A DNA stretch of 64,000 bases. Origin: Promethearchaeota archaeon (GTDB lineage Archaea > Asgardarchaeota > Lokiarchaeia > Sigyniarchaeales > SOKP01). Below the pieces are notes generated by a model. The model ran no database searches. It was not told the DNA's origin and saw only the letters and a program-made list of their open reading frames with translations. The DNA lies in assembly GCA_011364975.1 (NCBI GenBank), contig RDOE01000001.1:32001-96000 (forward strand), in the 5' to 3' direction. The position numbers and the translations under genes were made by a program. Positions 37,916 through 47,596 of the stretch are shown here, piece by piece. The number at the start of each line of letters is the position of its first letter. Within the stretch, counting starts at the first letter, position 1.

Positions 37916-38749
37916 ATGGTCCAAAATAATATCGAAAAATTAAATTTTTATCCTCAATTTAAGAAATGGTATTTCAAAATATTACGAGCCTTTAAATTTG
38001 ATTATCAAGACGATATTCGTGCCGCTGAAATTTTATCAGAAATACTTAATGAAAAAAGTAAGTTCTGGAATCCGTTGGAGGTGTTTAATTCGTTTCAGAA
38101 TTATATTCAATCGAAAAAAATGTTATTTATTTATGGATGTGGACCTAGCCTTGAAAAGACAGTAATAAAACTAAGAAAAGTTTTAGGGGACAATTTTTTT
38201 TCTAATGTAATAAATTTCGCGGCAGATGGTGCTTCAGTATTTTTAAGAGAGAATCAAATTCCTCTTGATGCAATTTTTACTGATTTAGATGGGATCTCAA
38301 AAAGGGAGTTTGAATTAGCGCAATATGTAGTTATACATGCTCATGGAGATAATATCGATAAAATTATTAAATTTAAGGATGAAATTCTTAAATTCAAAAA
38401 CCTAATAGGTACTGTACAAGTAAACCCAACAAATATTACAATAAATCTTGGAGGATTCACTGATGGAGATAGAATTCTCTTCTTTTTAAGACCTTTATTA
38501 TTACCTTATCATAAAATATTCTTAATCGGTATGGACTTCAATAGTTGGGTAGGAAAATATTCTAAACCTGAATATAAAAAGATTCAAAAAGCAACAAGTA
38601 TAAAACGAAAGAAGCTTAAATATGCCTTAAAATTATTAAAATGGCTTCAAGGGTTAATTAAAAACGAATTAATTTTTATAAATTCAAACTTAAAATCAAA
38701 AAAGTTTAGAAATATATCAATTGAAGAATTTATTAAATCTTGGAGTTAA
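37916..38749 (+). CDS. mptE: 6-hydroxymethyl-7,8-dihydropterin pyrophosphokinase (DUF115)
   Basis: GCGPSL, AADGA, TDLDG, HAHGDN, GGFTDGDR, GMDF. Confidence 0.88.
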   Translation: MVQNNIEKLNFYPQFKKWYFKILRAFKFDYQDDIRAAEILSEILNEKSKFWNPLEVFNSFQNYIQSKKMLFIYGCGPSLEKTVIKLRKVLGDNFFSNVINFAADGASVFLRENQIPLDAIFTDLDGISKREFELAQYVVIHAHGDNIDKIIKFKDEILKFKNLIGTVQVNPTNITINLGGFTDGDRILFFLRPLLLPYHKIFLIGMDFNSWVGKYSKPEYKKIQKATSIKRKKLKYALKLLKWLQGLIKNELIFINSNLKSKKFRNISIEEFIKSWS

Positions 38750-38761
38750 TTAAGATATTAT

Positions 38762-39559
38762 TTAAATTTTGTAATCTTTAACACCACTTTTGGTTATTTT
38801 ATATAATACTTTTTTTTCTGGAAACATGGAAGATTTAACATAATGAATATACCCTTTGTCTTCTTCTTTATAACTTAAATATAGAAACTCTGAAAAGAAA
38901 TGATTTAAAAATTGTTGACCAACAGGAATTTCTTTAATATTCGAATCTGCTGAGAAACTAGGAGATATTTGAGCCGTCAAAAGTGTTATTAAATTATATT
39001 TATTAGTAAGATTATTAACTTGTTCCAAGATACCATAAAAAAGAGATTTAGTTTGATAATTTGAAAAATGTTTGCTACCAATATCCAATCTATAATAGTT
39101 ATTTATTGAGTCAATTATTAGTAATTGAATCTTATGACTAATTATAATATTTTCTAACTCATTTAATTTTAGTTGTAATGCATTATTACTTAGAATTTTT
39201 GATACTAAAATATTTTTTAAAACATCTTCACTTTTAAGGTTTCTAGTTAATGATAATTCGTTAACTCTTTCGGGGCGAAAAGTATTTTCAGTATCTAAAA
39301 AAACTGACTTAATAGAATTATAATAAGCTTGAACACAAATATGGTGACAGATTTGTGTTTTACCGGTCTTATTTGCACCAAAGATTATATATGAATTTTG
39401 AGGATAAAATCCTCCGTTAAGAACATTATCAATATTTTTTGATCCAAACTTGATATAAGGTATATGTTCTTCATTTTTTTGGATATTATTGAGCATAATT
39501 TTTTCAGTATATACTTGAGTATGCTTCAAATCACGTAAAAAAACATTATTGTAATTCAT
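38762..39559 (-). CDS. RadA/Rad51 paralog lacking the N-terminal domain
   Basis: IDNVLNGG, GANKTGKTQICH, LDTENTFRPER, LLIIDS. Confidence 0.85.
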   Translation of the reverse strand: MNYNNVFLRDLKHTQVYTEKIMLNNIQKNEEHIPYIKFGSKNIDNVLNGGFYPQNSYIIFGANKTGKTQICHHICVQAYYNSIKSVFLDTENTFRPERVNELSLTRNLKSEDVLKNILVSKILSNNALQLKLNELENIIISHKIQLLIIDSINNYYRLDIGSKHFSNYQTKSLFYGILEQVNNLTNKYNLITLLTAQISPSFSADSNIKEIPVGQQFLNHFFSEFLYLSYKEEDKGYIHYVKSSMFPEKKVLYKITKSGVKDYKI

Positions 39560-39751
39560 TTTATATTACAATCTTAATTTTTCCTTTTTCCTATTTTAAA
39601 TATAGGTTAATGATTATTAAAATATTAAAGATAGATCAATAGACTAAATTTAAATAGAAAAATTAATTTTAGAGTAATTCTAAAATAATAATTATAGTAT
39701 TGTTCAATTATTAATTTAAATTTTCTAAATAAAATTTAATAACTTTTAAAA

Positions 39752-40363
39752 ATGGCAAAAAAAAAGAAGGAAGTCTGTCCTTATTGTGGAAATAGTTTTG
39801 CTTATCTAAGTCGCCATAAATGTAAAGTAAAAGATAGAGTTGAAGGTTCAGAAGATTCTGATAAATCAGACGTAGAACGAAGAGAAGAACGGAGAGAGGA
39901 AAGAAAAAAAGAAGAAGGACGAAATCTTCGAAGAAGTGAAAAAACGGTATTAGATATTATTTCTAAAGAAAAGGAAGTTTATTTTGAAGATTTATTAAAT
40001 TTAACTAATTTAAATCTTATCGAGCTTGATAAAATATTAGATGTTTTAGAACTTCAATCAAAAATAAAAGTAAATCGAGAATTAATAGATGCCTCATGGA
40101 CAAAGCATATTTCATTAATCGAAGAGATTAATGTAGATGTTAAAGATCTTAAAATAGATCCTAATAAAATAGATTTCATTTTAGATATTTTCTCATATCA
40201 ACCGTGCTTAACTTGCCCTTTTTCAAGTAAATGCAATGATACAAATGTGGATCAATTTAATCCTCACCATTGTATATGGCTTTCAGAATGGATTAATGAG
40301 GCCCTAGAAGGAAGAGTTTATAGAGTAAATTTTGATGAAATTCAAACAGAATTAGTAGAATAA
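39752..40363 (+). CDS. RPC34/hRPC39-like (TFE-beta) protein: winged helix plus C-terminal Fe-S motif, with an N-terminal zinc finger
   Basis: PCLTCPFSSKC...NPHHCIWLSEW matches the RPC34 PCxxC-x5-C...PxxCxxxxEW motif; N-terminal CPYC..HKC. Confidence 0.75.
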   Translation: MAKKKKEVCPYCGNSFAYLSRHKCKVKDRVEGSEDSDKSDVERREERREERKKEEGRNLRRSEKTVLDIISKEKEVYFEDLLNLTNLNLIELDKILDVLELQSKIKVNRELIDASWTKHISLIEEINVDVKDLKIDPNKIDFILDIFSYQPCLTCPFSSKCNDTNVDQFNPHHCIWLSEWINEALEGRVYRVNFDEIQTELVE

Positions 40364-40999
40364 TTATTTTTTTTTTAAGCCTATAAGATAAATCTCATTA
40401 CTTTTTTTATTTGAAGCCCTAGGTTTAAAGCTTTTCACAATTACAAAAGTTTCTTTCATTTTTTTGAAGAAGTTGTCAAAATCAGCACCCTGAAATAATT
40501 TAACCACTAAGCTTCCTCTAACTCTTAAATATTTAGAGAGTTTAATAATTTCAAGACATAAATTTACCTGTCTTGATTGATCACTGAACTTATTACCAGA
40601 TTTATTGATACTTGCGTCAGAAATTATCAGATCAATCTGGTTTTCATTAAAATATGTTTCAATCTCATTTTTAAATTGAGGATTAGTTAAATCCATCTTT
40701 ATTACTTTAATACCCTCAATAGGAGTTATATTCTTTGTATCCACTCCCATTATTTTATAATGATCTCTATGATAGTATTGATCTTTATATCTCCCAATAT
40801 TGTCTTCGGCATATTTTTTAGCAACCTGTAACCATGATCCGGGAGCACTACCTAAATCTAATATATAAAAAGACCTTTTAAAAATATTAAATCTATTTTG
40901 TAAATCTATAAGTTTATAAGCAGAGCGTGCTCTATAACCTTCTTTCTTAGCTTTATTATAATGGTATTCTTGTCCATGTTCTTGAGGATTTTTTGACAT
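40364..40999 (-). CDS. rlmE: 23S rRNA 2'-O-methyltransferase RlmE/FtsJ
   Basis: GYRARSAYKL, DLGSAPGSW, ISD, KLFQG, KPRAS..SNEIY. Confidence 0.93.
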   Translation of the reverse strand: MSKNPQEHGQEYHYNKAKKEGYRARSAYKLIDLQNRFNIFKRSFYILDLGSAPGSWLQVAKKYAEDNIGRYKDQYYHRDHYKIMGVDTKNITPIEGIKVIKMDLTNPQFKNEIETYFNENQIDLIISDASINKSGNKFSDQSRQVNLCLEIIKLSKYLRVRGSLVVKLFQGADFDNFFKKMKETFVIVKSFKPRASNKKSNEIYLIGLKKK

Positions 41000-41008
41000 T
41001 TTTAACTA

Positions 41009-42274
41009 TTATTTAAAATGATTGGTATGAAATAAATTCTTTAAATCAAAGATATTTAAGTTTGTTTTAATCGATGTGAAATCAAAATGAGTCCGTGAGG
41101 CTTGATATCCTAAATTTCTAATGCCTTCAATTATATTTTCTAATTTCGGTACTACCTTTATTTTAAGCTCCTTACATAATTTATGGACATTATAATAAGA
41201 AAAGGGCATATTAATCTCTTCTCCTATGTAATTTAGAATTTTAGCCAATCTTTTTTTATTTGGCAGATTTAACTCTTGATTTAATTCTGATATCAATTCT
41301 ATAAATTCTTTTTGATGAATCTCTCCGACCCATAAAGGACCCGCATAAGATATATCATTTTGAGAATTACAACATAAGCATTCCAATTCGGTGTTAATAA
41401 TATTATAATTTAGGATTCTTCGAAATCCACATTTATTACAATGAATGATATAACCATAATTATCAAAAGATTCATTAATTTTTTTGATGTTTTTAAAAGT
41501 TAAACAGAAAATGCGTATGAAATGTTGGGAATAGAAGGTTAATAGGGGAATTATTCCTAATCTATTTACATTAGCTATTCTTGCTGTAAAATGTAGTAAA
41601 ATTCTTGCCCCAATTTCTTTAGAATACTCATTGTAAAGCGATTTTGATAAATATTTACGAAAGCATGCATCCGGTTTAATTCCAAACAAAACTGCTGTGT
41701 CAGTAGCAGTTATACAAATAAGACTCATGCTTTTTTTGAGTGCTTTAAATGCTGCATCAAGATATATATTTGGTGTCCCAAATGGATCAATTGAAATAAC
41801 GTCTGCTTTCCCCGAATTATCTGATTTTAACATGTGGTTCTGATTAATTTCTGAAAATAAGAAATTGGCATCTTTATTTGATATAACAATCTCTATATTT
41901 GAATTATTTAATTGATTTAGATGTAAATTCTTTTCTATTAGATTTAGAGTAATTGGATTCATATCATTTATGTAAATTTTCTTAATTCCTTTACATTCTA
42001 ATGATATTCTTATTGATCCGATTCCTGAAGCAGCCATAGAATCAACTATAGTTATTGGTTTTTGATTGTATAAGTTTTGATAAGCCAACAAAGATAAAAT
42101 AGTTATATCTCTATTTATTATCATTCTTTTGTTATAAAATACATTCATAGATTTGGAAGGAATTTGTTCTGCATCATTCTTATGAATATAAAAATTGGCT
42201 AATCCTTCCTTTATTTTAATATAGTTTTGATTATCCATAGTTTTGAGATCAATATATGAAATTCTAAAAATCAA
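41009..42274 (-). CDS. trm1: tRNA (guanine26-N2)-dimethyltransferase
   Basis: VFYNKRM..NRD, ASGIGSIR, IDPFGTP, ITATD, GPLWVG, SRTHF. Confidence 0.93.
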   Translation of the reverse strand: MIFRISYIDLKTMDNQNYIKIKEGLANFYIHKNDAEQIPSKSMNVFYNKRMIINRDITILSLLAYQNLYNQKPITIVDSMAASGIGSIRISLECKGIKKIYINDMNPITLNLIEKNLHLNQLNNSNIEIVISNKDANFLFSEINQNHMLKSDNSGKADVISIDPFGTPNIYLDAAFKALKKSMSLICITATDTAVLFGIKPDACFRKYLSKSLYNEYSKEIGARILLHFTARIANVNRLGIIPLLTFYSQHFIRIFCLTFKNIKKINESFDNYGYIIHCNKCGFRRILNYNIINTELECLCCNSQNDISYAGPLWVGEIHQKEFIELISELNQELNLPNKKRLAKILNYIGEEINMPFSYYNVHKLCKELKIKVVPKLENIIEGIRNLGYQASRTHFDFTSIKTNLNIFDLKNLFHTNHFK

Positions 42275-42289
42275 TAATTAATTTAATCT

Positions 42290-43276
42290 TTATAATTTTA
42301 AAAAGAGGCCAACTGCTTTCTTGTTGCCGAGTAGTCCTCCACAAGTCTGAGTATGAATTTTTGAAACATTAAATTTTGTTAATAATTCTACGTCATTTAT
42401 GTATTTCACATTATCTTGTTCTTCAATTATAAAAAATTCACCACCGAGTGTTTTTATAATAAAAGCTAATGGTAGCCACTCATAGTAGAGTCTTATTTTT
42501 GCTTTTCCATTCTGTAAAAAATAAGAATAAATTCCACCATAATTTATTATGGCATGGAAATCACCTACGAAACTTCCACTATACCTATCTTTAAATTGTT
42601 TTTTAATTAACTGTTGTTCATATTCTTGACATTTCTGACTCCATAATCGTGAATCTCCTCCTAAACATCTTATTCCTCCTTGAGCAATATCGGGTAAAGA
42701 TTTTAATTCTTGAAAGACATAGTGATAAAATGTCATACTATAAGGGGAATTATCAAGAATGAATTCTGCTACTATTTCATTTATTGCTAAAATCAAGTTA
42801 GTAAAAATACCATACAGTACGTAAAAACTACATATTATTTGTCCTTGTTCATTATAGATGCCGACAATCGTTCCAACGGTCCTATTAACTTTAACATTCG
42901 ATGATCCATCAACTGGGTCTACTGAAATACCAAATTTACCATCTCCTAATACTGGTTCTGCCTCTTCAGAAGCAATAAACAGAAAGTCATTATCACTCTC
43001 TTGAAGAGCTTTCAGTATTATACTGTGAGTTAAAATATCTTCATGAATTTGCTCTTCTTCATAAATATTCTTTCCTTTTTCACTTGTCTTTTTAATGTTC
43101 ATTCTATGTTCAATTTCTCGTGAAGTAATACCTCGTTCTAATAATCCTCGAATAGGAATAGTTGCTTCGGCAATTGTTTCAATAATATTAATCAAGGAAT
43201 TTCTATACGCTATCTTTTGGGGGACATTTTTATCTAACCACTTTGATAATTTAACTTTTTCACTAGTTTGAGGCAT
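42290..43276 (-). CDS. fbp: Fructose-1,6-bisphosphatase class I
   Basis: ASEE, DPVDGSSN, TVGTIVGIY, RYSGSFVGDFH..GGIY, RLYYE. Confidence 0.85.
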   Translation of the reverse strand: MPQTSEKVKLSKWLDKNVPQKIAYRNSLINIIETIAEATIPIRGLLERGITSREIEHRMNIKKTSEKGKNIYEEEQIHEDILTHSIILKALQESDNDFLFIASEEAEPVLGDGKFGISVDPVDGSSNVKVNRTVGTIVGIYNEQGQIICSFYVLYGIFTNLILAINEIVAEFILDNSPYSMTFYHYVFQELKSLPDIAQGGIRCLGGDSRLWSQKCQEYEQQLIKKQFKDRYSGSFVGDFHAIINYGGIYSYFLQNGKAKIRLYYEWLPLAFIIKTLGGEFFIIEEQDNVKYINDVELLTKFNVSKIHTQTCGGLLGNKKAVGLFLKL

Positions 43277-43426
43277 CTTATTATTTCATTTAAGTAAGTA
43301 ATTTTAATTCAAAAATTATCATTTAGTATTATATAATATTCAAACCTATTTCTAATTTTTATATGGAAATTTACAAACCGAAATCTCTCAAAATCTTTAA
43401 CCTTAGAACTAATAATTACCACTTTT

Positions 43427-44116
43427 TTAATTATTAAAACCATTAGAACGAAGAGTTTGCGTAAATTCATCTTTAGAATGGTTATTTTTATCAAAAAGAA
43501 TAAATTTTCGTTCATTGAGCCTGTTAGTTCTTTCAATTTTCATAGAATGGGGCACCCAGTAATCCATTACGTTTCCACCAGCCTCAACTTGTATTATTTC
43601 ACCATCAACTGATTTCTTACTCATTTCATTAATAATGACTATATTAATTCCATAATTTTTATTCAAATAAGCAAGATTACCTAAAATCGTATTCAACTTA
43701 TAATTTAAAATGAAGTTTTTATCTTTTTTTTCTTGGTTTAATTCTAATCGATACAAATCAGTAAGTGAATCGATTAGGATTAAGTTGATTTGTTTATCCT
43801 TGCTTTTATTATTCTGAAGTACATAAAATTCTAAATTAAAGGAAAGTTGATAAAGATCATTAAAATCAATAGAATTAATCAATAATATCTCTGATAATAC
43901 TTCTTTTAGTTGTTGTCCGAATACATTTTTAATTTTCATAAAAGGAAGATTAGGTTTACTATAGATAAAAATACTTTTATAATTGTTTATTTTATTTTGG
44001 AGTAAAAGTTGTAAGGATAATATCGTTTTTCCTACTCCAAAATCGCCCCAAATTGAAAAAATTCTCTGGTTTCCTTTTTGGATTCCAATAAGATTTTGAA
44101 AAATTTTTTGGAGCAT
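43427..44116 (-). CDS. RadB-like RecA-family ATPase
   Basis: WGDFGVGKT, ILIDSLTDLYRLE, AGGNVMDYW. Confidence 0.8.
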   Translation of the reverse strand: MLQKIFQNLIGIQKGNQRIFSIWGDFGVGKTILSLQLLLQNKINNYKSIFIYSKPNLPFMKIKNVFGQQLKEVLSEILLINSIDFNDLYQLSFNLEFYVLQNNKSKDKQINLILIDSLTDLYRLELNQEKKDKNFILNYKLNTILGNLAYLNKNYGINIVIINEMSKKSVDGEIIQVEAGGNVMDYWVPHSMKIERTNRLNERKFILFDKNNHSKDEFTQTLRSNGFNN

Positions 44117-44164
44117 AATTCTAAATACAAATTTTTAATTTTATCATTGATTTATATAATTAAT

Positions 44165-45016
44165 TTGAGTAAGAAACCTTTATATATCTTAACAGAGAAT
44201 CTTAATTTTTTTTATAGATTAAAAAAGGAACTAGATAGAAATAACATCAAATATAAGATTTTAAATATTGGAGGGAAGGTCCCAGCTTTTTCTTCAATCA
44301 TTCTTTCCACTTTAGATGAAACTTCTTATTGTTATGATGAAATAAATGATCTTGTTGTGCTTCCTTATTCAAAAACTCAAAACTTTGAGCAATATATTTT
44401 ACAAGTAGTTGCGGCCTATAGAATTGGTTATAAAGAACAGTATTCAAATGTGATGTTTTCGATTGATCCTGGTACTAAATATATTGGTGTTGCTACCTTC
44501 ATAGATGATTATTATTTAGAATCTCGTACATTTTATACCAAAGAAGATACAGTTGCATATATTAGAAAAATTTCAAATTTACTTCGATTTAGTGGTTCAA
44601 AACCAGTAGAACTTTATTTTAAATTTGGAAGTGGTGTTTTAGGACTAAGTTATGAGATCATTCAAGAGTTATTTTCTAAATTGAATAAGGAAGCCATAAA
44701 AAATGTCTACTTAGTAGATGAGATCAGTACTTCTAAGAATAGATTGACACTTAATAATAAAAAGGTTCCTAAACATGAATCAGCAGCAATCCAGCTTGCT
44801 TTAAGAGGGGGGTTAAAGATTAATGAGTCGAATTTTGATCAAATCTTTAAAAAGGTTAAATATGAGCAAATTAAGAACTTTTCTGTAAAAAAAGATTATT
44901 TTAACCGGTTGAAGGATCAAAATATCGATATTAAACTTATTGCTGAAAAAATATTGAATGGTAATTTATCTCTTAGTGAAGCAATGAACATCATTAATAG
45001 TTATTTTATAGAATAG
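44165..45016 (+). CDS. YqgF/RNase H-like fold protein
   Basis: SIDPGTKYIGVA, VDEISTS, HESAAIQLALR; start TTG 44165 chosen to avoid overlap with the divergent gene. Confidence 0.6.
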   Translation: MSKKPLYILTENLNFFYRLKKELDRNNIKYKILNIGGKVPAFSSIILSTLDETSYCYDEINDLVVLPYSKTQNFEQYILQVVAAYRIGYKEQYSNVMFSIDPGTKYIGVATFIDDYYLESRTFYTKEDTVAYIRKISNLLRFSGSKPVELYFKFGSGVLGLSYEIIQELFSKLNKEAIKNVYLVDEISTSKNRLTLNNKKVPKHESAAIQLALRGGLKINESNFDQIFKKVKYEQIKNFSVKKDYFNRLKDQNIDIKLIAEKILNGNLSLSEAMNIINSYFIE

Positions 45017-45184
45017 CAAATATTTAATTTGATGAATTAATACTTATGGTTAAATAAATCGATTTTTAATTTTGATCTGATTGATTTATTTTATTAGGGG
45101 ATTTTTTAAATACAGTTTGATAAATAATTAAGCCCCAAATATGATATTCGTTATTTAAAAATATATTACTTTGAGTTTGCTGAA

Positions 45185-46318
45185 ATGATCCGATTTAAAG
45201 GGATTGACATTTTTAGAGGTCTTTGTATTTTTTACATGACTTTCGGGCACATGCTACATTGGTGGCTTTCAAAAACAGATTTTTGGCTTTATGAGTTTCT
45301 ATGGAATATTGGGGCGCCTATTGGGGGTGGAGGATTTTTATTAGTCTCTGGTTTAAGTGCTTCACTCTCATATAGAAAGCAAATTGCAAAAGCACAAAAT
45401 TCTAATGAATATGATATAAAAAGAGCTAGAAATGAATACTTGTTGAGAGCTGTAGAAATTTTTATAATATCTACAATTTGGAATACGTTTGGTTATCTTT
45501 ATTTAGGATTACCAGGAATTTGGTTATGGTTTGTGCTACAAACAATATCGGTTTCTCTTTTAATGGCATGGCCTTTATTTAAAACTACTAAATCGTTCAG
45601 GCTATTAATTTGCTTCTGTTTTTGGATAGGAAACGAAATAATTCTTGGTTTATTATCACCTCATTCTGGTGAAGAGAATGTTCTTGGGGTTTTCTATTTT
45701 ATTTTATATAACAGTCCAGAACAAAATGTAATTTTAGGATATTTTCCATTTCTTCTTTTAGGAACCATTTTGGGGGATATCTTATTTGAAGCAAGCAATA
45801 TTAAAGATCCAACTGCACAATCAATTTTTTTAAAGGCTAAATTCATTAAAACTAATGGATTTAGCGGATTAGTTTTAATTTTATTAGGGATTTTTCTAAA
45901 TTATCCTGCTTTTATGAATAAAGAGACTTTCTCCTCTCACATGTTCATAGTTGGGATTGAACTCATTATTATTTCATTCTTGATATATCTAAAAGATCTT
46001 AAAAATTATAGGTTTAGAAAGAAATTTACTTTTTTTGAGTATTATTCATACTACTCCTTTACGATTTTTCTTCTTCACCATCTTCTATTCTTTTTATTTC
46101 AACCGCAGTTTAATGCTTTGGAAATTTGGTTATACATTGTCCCAATCATGAGTTTGTGGACGATATTATTTCGGTTTATTTATAAAAAGGTGGGGAAATA
46201 TGCTTCTGTTAAATTTATATTTAACAAAATAGCAGTTAATTTAGCTAAAAAAATGGAAACAATTAGTCTTGGTAATTTGAGGAAGTTAAAATCTATAAAG
46301 AAAATTGAGTTTGTTTAA
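45185..46318 (+). CDS. HGSNAT/DUF1624-like multi-TM acyltransferase (1 of 3)
   Basis: RFKGIDIFRGLCIFYMTFGH, FLLVSGLS, VLQTI, YSFTIFLLH. Confidence 0.8.
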   Translation: MIRFKGIDIFRGLCIFYMTFGHMLHWWLSKTDFWLYEFLWNIGAPIGGGGFLLVSGLSASLSYRKQIAKAQNSNEYDIKRARNEYLLRAVEIFIISTIWNTFGYLYLGLPGIWLWFVLQTISVSLLMAWPLFKTTKSFRLLICFCFWIGNEIILGLLSPHSGEENVLGVFYFILYNSPEQNVILGYFPFLLLGTILGDILFEASNIKDPTAQSIFLKAKFIKTNGFSGLVLILLGIFLNYPAFMNKETFSSHMFIVGIELIIISFLIYLKDLKNYRFRKKFTFFEYYSYYSFTIFLLHHLLFFLFQPQFNALEIWLYIVPIMSLWTILFRFIYKKVGKYASVKFIFNKIAVNLAKKMETISLGNLRKLKSIKKIEFV

Positions 46319-46396
46319 ATTTTTTGAACTCTGTGATTTTTTTAAATTGAATCTAATTTATTTTATTGAAAAAAGTTAAAAAGTGAAAATGAGTAA

Positions 46397-47518
46397 TTGA
46401 AACTTATGAAATTTAAACCCAGAAGATTTAAGAGTATAGATATATTCCGAGGGATGTGTATGGCTTGGATGTTTTTAGGCCATTTACTCGATTGGTGGCT
46501 TAAACCTGAATACTTTTTCATTAGAAATTCAGCTCACATGTTATTAGATTCAATTGGAGCTTCTGGGTTCTTATTTATTTCAGGAGTGAGTATTACCTTA
46601 TCTTATAGGAACCAGATGTATAGAGTTGAAACGTTAAAGAGAATCTCATATTTTCGAATTAGACTTTCATATTTCATCCGTAGTTTATTATTACTTTTGA
46701 TAGCCTTTTTATATAATACTGCTATTGCAGTTTCAATAAAAAATCTTTCTTGGATTTGGAGTTGGTTTATTTTGATGACTGCTGCCTTTTCTTTGATGAT
46801 GATGTGGCCACTTTTTAAAACTCCAAAACTTGTTAGGATATTAATAGGATTTTTTTTATGGTTCTTGAGTGCTTATCTTTATAGTATTTTATCCCCTTAT
46901 CAAGGCAACTCAAATTTATCAGGTATTTTCTACCATATCCTTTTTAACACTGTCGATCAAGATCCCTTTATAAATTTCTTCTCATTTTTCTTGTTTGGAA
47001 CTATTTTTGGAGAAGTTCTCTCATCTTCTAATTTTGAAGCAGATAATGAAAAATTTAAAAGATATTTAAATAAACATATCATCAAGCCTTCCTTATTAAT
47101 CGGTCCTTTGTTAATTTTAACCGGAGTCGCCCTAGTTTTCCCTAGTTTTCTAATAAGAAGTAGTCTATCTTGGTTAATCTACACTTTAGGAATTGATATT
47201 ACTATTTTAGTGATATTGATTTTTTTTGAAGAAAATGGATTTTTCAATACTAAGAAAAGTTATAGATTTTTGTTTTACTACTCATATTATTCATTTACTG
47301 TTTATTTAGGACATCATCTATTATTCTTTGTTTGTGTCAATTGTTTTAATGCTGTAAGCATATGGATCGCCGTTATTTTGACATTCATTTTATTTGGTTT
47401 AATCTTAAAACAGATATATAAACTATGGGGTTGGAAAGCGTCAATAAAGTCAATAATTGGCCGTTTAAGTGCTTATCTCGCTAAGAGAATTGATTTAAGT
47501 AGAAATAATTCCTTCTAA
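46397..47518 (+). CDS. HGSNAT/DUF1624-like multi-TM acyltransferase (2 of 3)
   Basis: RFKSIDIFRGMCMAWMFLGH, FLFISGVS, YSFTVYLGH. Confidence 0.8.
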   Translation: MKLMKFKPRRFKSIDIFRGMCMAWMFLGHLLDWWLKPEYFFIRNSAHMLLDSIGASGFLFISGVSITLSYRNQMYRVETLKRISYFRIRLSYFIRSLLLLLIAFLYNTAIAVSIKNLSWIWSWFILMTAAFSLMMMWPLFKTPKLVRILIGFFLWFLSAYLYSILSPYQGNSNLSGIFYHILFNTVDQDPFINFFSFFLFGTIFGEVLSSSNFEADNEKFKRYLNKHIIKPSLLIGPLLILTGVALVFPSFLIRSSLSWLIYTLGIDITILVILIFFEENGFFNTKKSYRFLFYYSYYSFTVYLGHHLLFFVCVNCFNAVSIWIAVILTFILFGLILKQIYKLWGWKASIKSIIGRLSAYLAKRIDLSRNNSF

Positions 47519-47596
47519 TTTTTGAATTAAATTTATATCGTTATTATTATTTAATATGCTTACTGTTAAAATAATGAATATAGAGACGGGGAATTC

